Assembly (NCBI GenBank): GCA_002840305.1
Contig: PHAI01000001.1
Span: forward strand, 178,074-227,462
Direction of reading: 5' to 3'
From: Candidatus Falkowbacteria bacterium HGW-Falkowbacteria-1
GTDB lineage: Bacteria > Patescibacteriota > Patescibacteriia > Patescibacteriales > UBA12465
Length of the DNA: 49,389 nt
Shown here: positions 26,424 to 35,643 of the stretch, piece by piece
Position numbering within the stretch: position 1 is the first letter of the stretch
Layout: each line of letters opens with the position of its first letter
Notes under the pieces: generated by a model
The model's database searches: none
Seen by the model: only the letters and a program-made list of their open reading frames with translations
What the model was told of the DNA's origin: nothing
Program-made: the position numbers and the translations under genes

Positions 26424-28754
26424 ATGACTTACAATATTATTACAATTGGTTGCCAAATGAATGTCGCTGACAGCGAAAGGCTTCGTGTTTATTTGGAAAA
26501 ACTAGGTTTCAAAAATGAACCTAATTTTTTGTTGTCTAATTTGGTGGTTTTTGTTACTTGTGGAGTCAAGCAAGCAGCAGAAGACCGCATTCACGGGCTT
26601 ATAAATAGGATTTATAAAAATAACAAAAAGATCGTGGTCGCGATTACTGGTTGTCTGAGTGACAGGGATGATTTGCAAAAAAGTTTTGGAACTAGGGTTA
26701 AAATTTGGTTTAATATTTCTGATTTATTAAATTTGGATGTTAGGCTTAAAAAATATTTTTCAAAAATAAAAAAAATATCTCCTAAAGAAAAAAATTATTT
26801 AGAATTAGATGTTGATTATTCTTCTATTTTTTCAGCTTTAGTACCAATCGGTAATGGGTGTAATAATTTTTGTTCTTATTGTGTAGTTCCTTATGCTCGC
26901 GGTCGAGAGGTTTATCGGCCAGCTTATGATATTTTAAAAGAAGTAAAAGGCTTAATTGACAGTGGTTATAAAGAAATAACATTGTTGGCACAAAATGTTA
27001 ACAGTTACAGTTCGGAAAACAATAATAAAATAATTAAGGAGTTTGGTTTTAAGTCAAAAAGAGCAAAGATAGATTTTGCTGATTTAGTTTCGATAATTGA
27101 TGATATGAAGGCCAATTTTTGGTTGAGATTTTCTTCTAGCCACCCCAAGGATGTTAGTGATAAATTGATTAAAGTTTTAAAAAAATCAAAACATATTTGC
27201 GAACATTTTCATTTAGCAGTGCAATCTGGAGATAATGACATTCTTAAGGTTATGAATAGAAAATATAAGATTGAAGACTATAAAGGTAAAATCAAAAAAA
27301 TAAGAGAAGCGCTCGATTTTAAGAATGGATTTTCGGCTGCTATTACTAGCGATATAATTGTTGGTTTTCCTGGAGAAAAGAAAAAGCATTTTAATAATAC
27401 TAAAAAACTTTTTAAAGAAATTGGTTTTGATTTGGTTTATATATCTAAGTATAGCCCGAGATATAAAACGGCTTCGTCTTATTTAAAAGATGATGTATCT
27501 ATGTTGGAAAAAAAAGAAAGAGAAAAAGAATTGAATATTTTACTTCGAAAATCGGCTTTACAAAATAATAAGCAATATTTAGACAAAGAACTTGAGGTTT
27601 TGTTTGAAAAAATTGATCGTAAAGGCTTTTTAATTGGTAGAACCAGAAGTTCTAAAATCGTTAGAATTAAACACAAAATTTCTTGTCCACAAAGGTTGAT
27701 TGGTGAGTTTATTAAAACAAAAATAATAAAAGTCTTTGAGTTTGAGCTTGAAGGGCGAATTGTTGATTTTGTAGATAGTTGTGCTAGTGTTAGCAGTAAA
27801 GAAATAACAAAGAACAATGACAAAATAAAAAGTAAAACAAATGGGAAGGTCGTTGTAATTTTAGGGCCAACTGCTAGCGGCAAAACATCTCTGGCTGTAA
27901 AATTAGCCGACAAATTCAATGGTGAGATAGTCAGTGCTGATAGTCGTCAAGTCTATAAGGGGATGGATATTGGTACTGGCAAAGACTTGAGTGAGTATTT
28001 TATAAAAAATAAAGAAATAAAGTGTCACTTACTAGACGTAGTTGATCCTAAGGATATTTTTTCTTTGGCTGATTATCAAAAACAAGCATTTTCGGCTATT
28101 GATGAAATTTTGAAGAGAAACAAATTACCGTTTTTGGTTGGTGGTAGTGGTCTTTATTTGGAGGCGGTGGTTGATAATTATTTATTGTCCAATTCTAAGC
28201 CTTCCTTTGAAAAAAGAGATGAATATGAGGCTTTGGATTTGACAGAATTACAAAATAGAATAAAAAAAATAAATAAAAAATTCTTTAATAGTTTAAATAA
28301 CAGTGAGTCAAATAACAAAAGAAGATTGGCTAGATACCTAGAGGTTTTATTAAGTGAAAAAAAGTTTGTAGCTAAAAAAGGGAAGAGAAGATATAATTTT
28401 TTAATTCTAGGTCTCAATCCTGAGAGAAAAATAATAAAAGAAAGGATATATAAAAGGTTATTAGATAGGCTTAATAATGAAGACATGGTCGGTGAAGTCA
28501 AAAGGCTTAATGAGGGTGGGGTTAGTTTTGAGAGACTAGAGAGTTTTGGCCTGGAGTATAGATTTGTTTCTTATTATTTACAAAAAAAAATAAGCTATCA
28601 ACAATTAATCGATCGCTTATTTATAGCTATTTGTCAGTTCTCTAAGAAACAAATGTCCTGGTTTAGAAGATGGGAGAGAAATGGAGCGGAAATTGTTTGG
28701 CTAGAAGACAAAGAAGGTTCTGGTAAAAAGATTAAAGAATTTCTTGAAAAATAA
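26424..28754 (+). CDS. miaB-miaA: Fused tRNA-i6A37 methylthiotransferase MiaB and tRNA dimethylallyltransferase MiaA
   Basis: GCQMN/VTC/ITGC, CNNFCSYC, SHP, DIIVGFPGE, TRAM; then GPTASGKT, SADSRQVYKGMDIGTGK, VGGSGLY, KKQMSWFRR. Confidence 0.93.
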   Translation: MTYNIITIGCQMNVADSERLRVYLEKLGFKNEPNFLLSNLVVFVTCGVKQAAEDRIHGLINRIYKNNKKIVVAITGCLSDRDDLQKSFGTRVKIWFNISDLLNLDVRLKKYFSKIKKISPKEKNYLELDVDYSSIFSALVPIGNGCNNFCSYCVVPYARGREVYRPAYDILKEVKGLIDSGYKEITLLAQNVNSYSSENNNKIIKEFGFKSKRAKIDFADLVSIIDDMKANFWLRFSSSHPKDVSDKLIKVLKKSKHICEHFHLAVQSGDNDILKVMNRKYKIEDYKGKIKKIREALDFKNGFSAAITSDIIVGFPGEKKKHFNNTKKLFKEIGFDLVYISKYSPRYKTASSYLKDDVSMLEKKEREKELNILLRKSALQNNKQYLDKELEVLFEKIDRKGFLIGRTRSSKIVRIKHKISCPQRLIGEFIKTKIIKVFEFELEGRIVDFVDSCASVSSKEITKNNDKIKSKTNGKVVVILGPTASGKTSLAVKLADKFNGEIVSADSRQVYKGMDIGTGKDLSEYFIKNKEIKCHLLDVVDPKDIFSLADYQKQAFSAIDEILKRNKLPFLVGGSGLYLEAVVDNYLLSNSKPSFEKRDEYEALDLTELQNRIKKINKKFFNSLNNSESNNKRRLARYLEVLLSEKKFVAKKGKRRYNFLILGLNPERKIIKERIYKRLLDRLNNEDMVGEVKRLNEGGVSFERLESFGLEYRFVSYYLQKKISYQQLIDRLFIAICQFSKKQMSWFRRWERNGAEIVWLEDKEGSGKKIKEFLEK

Positions 28755-28759
28755 AAAGA

Positions 28760-29746
28760 TTATTCGCAAACTATACCTTCGGAATCGCTAGCATCAACAT
28801 CATAGTGGCAGTTAGCTGGAAATCCATTCAAGAAATGGTCACTCTGAAATTCATTAGTAGCCGATGATTCAAGTCTGTATTTAATACGGAAATAATCATC
28901 TCCTTCACTGTTAAAATTGTTAATTGCAAAGAATTTGTAAGGATACCAACCTGTTTTCCATGTGCCAATTGGTAGATAATTATTCAGGGGAATATTTCTT
29001 AGATAAACCGGGCCACTTTCGCATGCAGTGTTAGATGATTGGCCGGGATCATTCAGGTCTGTTGAAAGTTTTATACACCAATTACTTTGGTCCGGACATG
29101 GTACACTTACTCCGTAGATGCCATAAGGCCTATCTGGCTCGCTTGTTACTGTCGAACAATTAGTATTTCTTCCATAATTTTCTATTAATGACCATCCATC
29201 GTAGATAACATAATAAGATAGATCATTTTTGAAGTAGTAGCCATTATCATGATACATTTTTAGCATGGCATTTGTAATCTTTTTAATATCAAATAATCTT
29301 TGGCCATCTCGGACGTCGGAACAAGAGTCGAGACCCGTAGGCGTTACGCAGTTTTCTCCTGATTCGTATTTGTTTAAATTATTTTCCAAGCAAAATTCTA
29401 AGACATAGAAATCACCATCGTGTAGTTTTTTATAGGTATACTCTTTTTCTTCGCAGTCTTTACTAGCTGGCTGAGAATTTTTTGGTATATTGGCCATGTA
29501 TATTTTGTCGGTAGTTGATCCGAGTAGATCTCCCCCAAAGATTAGTTCGTCAGGGTAGGTTCCTTCGTTCCTGTAGTATGACTCTAATGCCATTTGTATC
29601 TCGCCCATATCGCTAGTTCTTTTTGTATCCCTTCCACTTCTTCTTATCTCTTTAAGGGATATGCTGACCATAGAAAAAAGAACTCCGATTATTATTATGG
29701 AAATTATAAGTTCTACTAAGGTGAAGGCCTTTTTTTTATCTAGCAT
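28760..29746 (-). CDS. Type IV pilin / GspG-like protein with two tandem pilin globular domains
   Basis: KAFTLVELII; RDTKRTSDM..ALESYY and RDGQRLFDI..AMLKMY. Confidence 0.82.
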   Translation of the reverse strand: MLDKKKAFTLVELIISIIIIGVLFSMVSISLKEIRRSGRDTKRTSDMGEIQMALESYYRNEGTYPDELIFGGDLLGSTTDKIYMANIPKNSQPASKDCEEKEYTYKKLHDGDFYVLEFCLENNLNKYESGENCVTPTGLDSCSDVRDGQRLFDIKKITNAMLKMYHDNGYYFKNDLSYYVIYDGWSLIENYGRNTNCSTVTSEPDRPYGIYGVSVPCPDQSNWCIKLSTDLNDPGQSSNTACESGPVYLRNIPLNNYLPIGTWKTGWYPYKFFAINNFNSEGDDYFRIKYRLESSATNEFQSDHFLNGFPANCHYDVDASDSEGIVCE

Positions 29747-29749
29747 ATA

Positions 29750-31258
29750 TTAGAGAGAGTTTATTATTTCAATTATCTTTTTGGGATTATATTTTCCATG
29801 ACTCTCGGCCATTACTTTACCTATAAGAAACTGGAGTAAAGCACTTTTACCATTTTTATATTCTTGGAACTGCTCGTTGTTTTCTACTATTATTTTTTTT
29901 ATAATTTCTTGAAGTTCGACACTATTTTCTTCATTTTTTTGTTCCAGGCCTAATTTGTCCATAATATTACTTGGATCTCCGCCATTTTCAAATATTATTT
30001 TTAATATTTTCTGCCCAGAGCTTGAATTTATTTTTTCTTGATAAACGAGAGATATTAATTCGGCAAAATTTTCCGCTGTTATTTTCAAAGCTCTTATTTT
30101 AGTTTTACTTTCATTTAACAATTTAAACAATTCACCACTTATCCAGTTGGCAGTCATTTTGGCTAGTTTGATTTCTTGGTTTTCCCATGATTGACCAATG
30201 GCTCCGGTCCATTCTCTAAGTTCTGATATCACCATTTCAAACCAGTTAGCTGTGTCCTTATCGTTAGTTAAGACCTCAGCCATGTCTGGAGAAATATTAT
30301 ATTGTTTAACAAATCGCTCTCTCTTTTTGTGAGGAAGCTCTATTATTTGTTTTTTTAATTCATCAATTAAATGGCTACTTGTTTTTATTGGTAAAATGTC
30401 AGGTTCGGGAAAATAACGATAGTCAGCACTACTTTCTTTTATTCTTTGGCTGAAAGTCTCTCCCGTATTATCACTGCAACCCCTGGTTTCGGCTAGTACT
30501 TTCTCTCCCTTATCAAGCAATTCACTTTGTCTTTTTATTTCGTAATTTATAGCTTTTTCTAATGATTTAAAGGAATTAATATTTTTTATTTCAACTTTAG
30601 GGTTGAGTTTTTTTCCGTTTTTTCCGCTTAGACTGCCTTTGTCATTTCTTTCCCATGATCCTTTTTTTTGTAGACTGATATTGGCTTCGCATCTCATCTC
30701 TCCTTTCTCCATATTGGCTTCGCTGATGTTCAAATATTGTAATATTTGTTGGTATGTTTGGCAAAAAATTTTGGCCGTTATAGCATCTTCGATCATCGGT
30801 TCAGTAACCAGCTCTATGAGTGGCACTCCGGATCTGTTAAAGTCTATTAATGTATAATTTTTGCCAGAAGGATGGTTTAGCTTTCCGGTGTCTTCTTCTA
30901 GATGAATTCTAGTAATTTCGATTTTTTGTTTGTTTATTTCTAGAAAACCTTGATAGGCAAATGGCATATCAAATTGTGATATCTGATATCCTTTTGGTAG
31001 GTCAGGATAAAAATAATTTTTACGATCAAATTTGCTGAGTTGGTTTATTTTGCAATTCAAAGCTAATCCAAGTATAATTGTTTTTTCAACTGCTTTTTTG
31101 TTGGCTCTTGGAAGTGTCCCTGGGTGTCCAAGACATATTGGACAAGTATTTTTGTTTGGTTCAGAATTGAAGGGATCATTTTTGCACGAGCAAAACATTT
31201 TGCTATTCGTTTTTACCTCAGCATGAATTTCTAGACCGATTATAACATCATACTTCAT
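29750..31258 (-). CDS. gatB: Asp/Glu-tRNA amidotransferase subunit B
   Basis: IGLEIH, FDRKNYFYPDLPKGYQISQ, HLEEDTGK, DYRYFPEPD. Confidence 0.97.
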   Translation of the reverse strand: MKYDVIIGLEIHAEVKTNSKMFCSCKNDPFNSEPNKNTCPICLGHPGTLPRANKKAVEKTIILGLALNCKINQLSKFDRKNYFYPDLPKGYQISQFDMPFAYQGFLEINKQKIEITRIHLEEDTGKLNHPSGKNYTLIDFNRSGVPLIELVTEPMIEDAITAKIFCQTYQQILQYLNISEANMEKGEMRCEANISLQKKGSWERNDKGSLSGKNGKKLNPKVEIKNINSFKSLEKAINYEIKRQSELLDKGEKVLAETRGCSDNTGETFSQRIKESSADYRYFPEPDILPIKTSSHLIDELKKQIIELPHKKRERFVKQYNISPDMAEVLTNDKDTANWFEMVISELREWTGAIGQSWENQEIKLAKMTANWISGELFKLLNESKTKIRALKITAENFAELISLVYQEKINSSSGQKILKIIFENGGDPSNIMDKLGLEQKNEENSVELQEIIKKIIVENNEQFQEYKNGKSALLQFLIGKVMAESHGKYNPKKIIEIINSL

Positions 31259-31260
31259 AC

Positions 31261-31824
31261 TTAAAGTTTTAATATTTTAGATAGCCCCTCAGAAAGTGGC
31301 TCGTTTTCTTTTTCTAGGTCTTCTTCGAGATATTGTAGTAAATGGTTTCTGACCATGATTGGGTTTTCGTTTTCTAGCGGTACCGTCAGTCTATGGTTTA
31401 TAGGATTTTTAAATTCAAAAAATATTTTTTTAACGTTTTCTTCTGGTTTATAAATAATATAAAATTTTGATATTGATTCAAATTTATAAAATTTTTGTCC
31501 AACGAATAAACCGTTATATTTTAATTCGATTTTTATTCTTTTTGGGTTTTCGCTGTCGTAGAAAACAATCAAGGCGCTAAATAGTATCATTATTAAAGCA
31601 AAAAGATAGTTTTTATCAGTAATTGCCCAAATTATTAGCCCTAGAGTAATAATTGAGGCTATAATATACCATCTCTTGCTTCTTTGATGTTTTACGAATT
31701 CATTAATTTCCCAGTTTAGGTTAATTTGTTCGGTGTTGTCGTTTTTATTAGGAGCCTCTTTTCTTTCTATTTTTTGATTTTCTATTACTTTTTTGTTTTT
31801 ATGCTTGGACATATTAATTGACAT
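31261..31824 (-). CDS. Hypothetical 2-TM membrane protein (YcxB/bPH-like C-terminus)
   Basis: W..EF..H.RS.RWY, two TM helices, beta-rich C-terminal domain. Confidence 0.7.
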   Translation of the reverse strand: MSINMSKHKNKKVIENQKIERKEAPNKNDNTEQINLNWEINEFVKHQRSKRWYIIASIITLGLIIWAITDKNYLFALIMILFSALIVFYDSENPKRIKIELKYNGLFVGQKFYKFESISKFYIIYKPEENVKKIFFEFKNPINHRLTVPLENENPIMVRNHLLQYLEEDLEKENEPLSEGLSKILKL

Positions 31825-31957
31825 TATTTATTATATTTTATAATATATCTGTATTATACCATAAATTGTTTTTTTCAACAATTTTAATAAATAAAAATGG
31901 AGAGGTGTCCACGTATAGTTTTCGGCACGTGGCTAGCTTAAAAATTAAAAAAATATT

Positions 31958-32047
31958 GGAGAGGTGGCTGAGCGGCTGAAAGCAGCATCCTGCTAAGATG
32001 TTAAGGGGGTAACTCCTTCAAGGGTTCGAATCCCTTCCTCTCCGCCA
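31958..32047 (+). tRNA. tRNA-Ser(GCT)
   Basis: GGAGAGG/CCTCTCC acceptor stem, GCATC-ctGCTaa-GATGT anticodon arm, long variable arm, GGTTCGAATCC, encoded GCCA end. Confidence 0.97.
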
Positions 32048-32115
32048 AGAATATTTAGTATCGGAAGACCCGAGTGCCTTGATTTTATTGAGGTTTCTGA
32101 AGTGCTAAAATTATC

Positions 32116-32150
32116 AAAAGTTCGAACCTTTAAGGGATTCGAACTTTTTT
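32116..32150 (+). terminator. Terminator hairpin built from T-arm-like sequence
   Basis: AAAAGTTCGAACCTT-ta-AGGGATTCGAACTTTT plus T-run. Confidence 0.75.
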
Positions 32151-32183
32151 GTTTTTTAGTTAGTTTTATGTTAAAATTAAATT

Positions 32184-32834
32184 ATGAAATTTGAACAAAT
32201 AAACAATGAAAAAAAAGAAAAAGAGCCTAAGATAGAAATCATAAGCTCTGATTTAGCATCTAAAAAAATAAAAGATAATCCCTTTTTTAATAAATATCAT
32301 TGGGCGATGGCTGATTGGCAAGAGGATAAACTATATCTTCCGCCTCAATCTGATGAAGCTATAACTTTTGCTGTGGCGTCTCATGAATTAGGACATTTAG
32401 TTAAGAAAAATAGATTAGAGCCCGATAGAGAGGATTTTAATACCACCTATAAAGAAGAATTAAGAGCTTGGGAGTTGGGTTGGGATTATTTAACTAAACA
32501 TCTTTCGGATTATTATGAAAATAAAGAGGATGTTGTGTTTTTAGAAAATATAAAAAACAAGATTAAAGAAAAAATATTGGCCATAACAGAGTTAACTAAA
32601 CCTTTTTATGGGCATAATAATTTCGACGATATTAAAGATCAAAGAGATTACTTTTTAAAAACAGAGGAGGGAATTAATATTAAAAATGAGCTAGACGAAT
32701 TAGAAAATTTTGTTAAAGATTTGCTTATTAAAAATAATCAAGAAAAGTTTTTAAGTAAAATTGATTGGGATAAATTTGTTGCAGTCATTAGAAAAGCCTT
32801 AATTGATATAGAAAAAGATAATAAAAATAGTTAA
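32184..32834 (+). CDS. Hypothetical protein with a zincin HExxH motif
   Basis: ASHELGHL followed by EELRAWELG. Confidence 0.65.
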   Translation: MKFEQINNEKKEKEPKIEIISSDLASKKIKDNPFFNKYHWAMADWQEDKLYLPPQSDEAITFAVASHELGHLVKKNRLEPDREDFNTTYKEELRAWELGWDYLTKHLSDYYENKEDVVFLENIKNKIKEKILAITELTKPFYGHNNFDDIKDQRDYFLKTEEGINIKNELDELENFVKDLLIKNNQEKFLSKIDWDKFVAVIRKALIDIEKDNKNS

Positions 32835-33007
32835 TTTTATTTTTCAATTGTCACAACCCCTTTAGTAATTTTTATCTTACTCCTAAAACACCACTCCGCA
32901 TCCCTTACTCTCCGCGGATTGCAAACAGCTCTAGTATTGGAGCTATATTGCCTTGGAGCGATATGTTATACTAAACATAGTAGAATTATAATTAGCAGAA
33001 ATCAAAT

Positions 33008-33883
33008 ATGAGAAATCCATTTGTTCATGTTGTTACCACTGATAAATTAGATTTATACGGCGTTTTAATAAACGCTCCGAAAAAAGATACTATTATTATC
33101 AATATTCACGGAACCGCTGATAATTTTTATGATAATGACTTTATTTGGCAAATTGCGGAAACTGTAAGGCCATTAAATGTTTCTGTTTTATCGGTCAATA
33201 ATCGTGGTTCGTATAATTTGGAATTCTATGACTACGGCTTAGATGCTCGCAGAAATTCAGGAGCTTCTGTTGAAATTTTTGAAAAATGCATTCTTGATAT
33301 TGACGCCTGGATAAAATTTGCGCTAGCATTGGGCTATAAAAAGATAATTTTAGAAGGCCATAGTTTGGGCACGGAAAAAGTTGTTTATTATATGAACAAG
33401 GGGAGATATAAAGATAAAGTTAAGGCTGTTATTTTATTAGGTTTTTCTGATTCTTATGGCTATCATTTTCAATATTTTGATAAAAAGAGAAGGGGCGTTT
33501 TGTTTGATGAGGCGAAGTTATTATTAAAAAACAATAAAGGAGAACAATTTTTGACTAAACCTTGGTTATCTCATGCCGGGGTTTTGCCTCAAAGCGCTGA
33601 ATCTTATATCAACTTTTTTAGTGATGAATCTGAACTATCAAAGACCTTCCCGATACGCAAGGGTGGTGATTTGACAATGTATAAAAAAATAAAGGTGCCA
33701 GTTTTAGGGGTTATAGGTGACCAAGAGGAATATACAGTAATACCAATTCAAAAAGCGATTACATTGCTTAGGGTGGAGAATGAAATGGCAAAAATATACC
33801 AAATAAAGTCTTCTGATCATAATTTTTCCGGCAAAGAAAAAAAACTTGCTGGCATTATTAAAGAATTTATAAAAAATCATTAG
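33008..33883 (+). CDS. Alpha/beta hydrolase (DUF1749-like)
   Basis: IHG, GHSLG nucleophile elbow, GDQEE, DHNF; TGTTATACT at 32964-32972. Confidence 0.88.
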   Translation: MRNPFVHVVTTDKLDLYGVLINAPKKDTIIINIHGTADNFYDNDFIWQIAETVRPLNVSVLSVNNRGSYNLEFYDYGLDARRNSGASVEIFEKCILDIDAWIKFALALGYKKIILEGHSLGTEKVVYYMNKGRYKDKVKAVILLGFSDSYGYHFQYFDKKRRGVLFDEAKLLLKNNKGEQFLTKPWLSHAGVLPQSAESYINFFSDESELSKTFPIRKGGDLTMYKKIKVPVLGVIGDQEEYTVIPIQKAITLLRVENEMAKIYQIKSSDHNFSGKEKKLAGIIKEFIKNH

Positions 33884-34020
33884 CTGTCGTTTTAAAGCGT
33901 TTTGCCCTTCCGGCATATTGTAAATATCTCTATTTAGGGCTTTTTTGATAGGGAGTTTGTCATCTTAGAACGGTATGATATAACATTGTTGAAGGTTTGC
34001 AAAAATTAACTTATAAATAT

Positions 34021-34413
34021 ATGTTAAAAATTATTATTGCCTCTGGCCCCGTTATTGTTGAAAATAATAAAGTTTTGCTGAACAAACATGGCAAAGATGA
34101 TTTCTGGAAGTTTTGTGGTGGTCGAGTTGAAGATTACGAAATCAACCTCAAGGAAACCGCCAAAAGAGAGGTGAGAGAGGAAATGGGCTTGGAAATAAAA
34201 ATACTAGATGGAGACCCTTATTTCTTTTACACCGAAAAAGAAGATAATGGAGTAAAGGTTAGTGTTGTCCTAGTTCATTTTTTAGCTAAAAGAATTAACG
34301 AAATTACCCCTGGTAACGATATAAGAGAATGGAAGTGGATAAGTCTAGATGAAATAGATCGAGAAAATCTGGCGCCAAACATTAAACCAGCTTTGAAATA
34401 CTTTGGTTTTTAG
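34021..34413 (+). CDS. NUDIX hydrolase
   Basis: GGRVE...AKREVREEMG Nudix box; ATG 34021 preferred. Confidence 0.92.
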   Translation: MLKIIIASGPVIVENNKVLLNKHGKDDFWKFCGGRVEDYEINLKETAKREVREEMGLEIKILDGDPYFFYTEKEDNGVKVSVVLVHFLAKRINEITPGNDIREWKWISLDEIDRENLAPNIKPALKYFGF

Positions 34414-34428
34414 TTTTTAAATTTTAAT

Positions 34429-34779
34429 ATGAACAAAAACGTAGTCACTATAAAAATCCTTGTTTTATTAATCTTAACCGTTGGCATTACGTCTTACGGT
34501 TGCGCGAAGTCAACGGAAAACAGGCCAACGCTTGTCGACACGGGAAACTCTTTTAATGCTCAAGAGATGGTTGATGTTTCTTGCGCTAAAGAATTAAATT
34601 GTTGCGAAGAAGATTATGATTGTGAATATATTTGGTATACGGGAGAATGCAATACTCCGGAATATATAAATAAAAAACAAGAAGAAGCTAATGGCCAGAA
34701 TATTAATATTGGTGAGGCTCCTCGCCTGGACAATGTTACTTGTACATGTGAAACCAGTAAATGCATAACGCATTATTAG
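34429..34779 (+). CDS. Cys-rich putative lipoprotein
   Basis: Signal peptide ending SYGC; CCEEDYDC..C..CTC..C. Confidence 0.7.
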   Translation: MNKNVVTIKILVLLILTVGITSYGCAKSTENRPTLVDTGNSFNAQEMVDVSCAKELNCCEEDYDCEYIWYTGECNTPEYINKKQEEANGQNINIGEAPRLDNVTCTCETSKCITHY

Positions 34780-34885
34780 TTTATTTTTTTTAAAATTAAT
34801 TTGGTGAGACCATTTTTGTTAAAAGTTTTAGATGATATTATTTAATTTATTAAGAAGGTAATAAAACATTTTATATTGCATTGGT

Positions 34886-34912
34886 TTAGCACTCTTGACA
34901 TGGGAGTGCTAA
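34886..34912. promoter_or_regulatory. CIRCE operator (HrcA binding site)
   Basis: TTAGCACTC-N9-GAGTGCTAA, perfect consensus. Confidence 0.97.
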
Positions 34913-34923
34913 TTGTTTATAAT
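34895..34923 (+). promoter_or_regulatory. Consensus sigma70 promoter of the heat-shock operon
   Basis: TTGACA (34895-34900), 17 bp, TATAAT (34918-34923). Confidence 0.9.
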
Positions 34924-34942
34924 ACTAACATAAAATATTTTT

Positions 34943-35638
34943 ATGGAAATAAGTGAAAGAAAAAAAAGGATTTTATTGACCATTATTAAAGAATATATAA
35001 AGAATGTTCAGCCAGTAAGTTCTGGTATTTTGGTCGAAAAATGTAAGCTTGATATTTCTTCGGCTACTGTTAGGAATGAGATGGCTGAATTAGAAGAGGG
35101 CGGTTTCATATTTCAACCCCATACTTCTGCCGGGAGAATACCAACGGAGTTGGCGTATAAATTTTTCGTAAGTGACTTTCTGTCAGCAAAAAACAGAAAG
35201 CCAGATTTAAAAAACCAGAAAGCATTGGATGACATTTTCGGTTATTCCGAGGAAAACTTCAAGGCGGTAGCTAAAAAATTGGCTGATATTTCAAAGAATG
35301 CCGTTTTCTGGGCTTTTCATAAAAACAATTTATATTATACGGGAGTTTCTAATTTATTTTTTCAACCAGAATTTAAACAATCAAACATTGCCTGTGACGT
35401 TTCTATTGTTATTGATCGAATGGAGGAAATCATTGCTGATATTTTTGACAAGTTAAATTTAGGCGAAAACATATTTATTGGTAGTGAAAATCCGTTTGGA
35501 CAATTTTTAAGCTCTTTAGTTTTGAAATATGAAGATAAAAAGCAGAGGGGATTAGTTGGTATCATGGGTCCGATTAGAATGGATTATGAAAAAAATTTGG
35601 ATTTAATATATTATTTAAAAAGTAAATTTAATAAATAG
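34943..35638 (+). CDS. hrcA: Heat-inducible transcription repressor HrcA (short form)
   Basis: PVSS, SSATVRNEM, QPHTSAGRIPT, GPIRMDY; CIRCE upstream. Confidence 0.93.
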   Translation: MEISERKKRILLTIIKEYIKNVQPVSSGILVEKCKLDISSATVRNEMAELEEGGFIFQPHTSAGRIPTELAYKFFVSDFLSAKNRKPDLKNQKALDDIFGYSEENFKAVAKKLADISKNAVFWAFHKNNLYYTGVSNLFFQPEFKQSNIACDVSIVIDRMEEIIADIFDKLNLGENIFIGSENPFGQFLSSLVLKYEDKKQRGLVGIMGPIRMDYEKNLDLIYYLKSKFNK

Positions 35639-35643
35639 AATTT

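Noticed and set aside
32048..34800. Integrated element or prophage at tRNA-Ser
   Set aside because: No integrase and no direct repeat of the tRNA 3' end seen downstream
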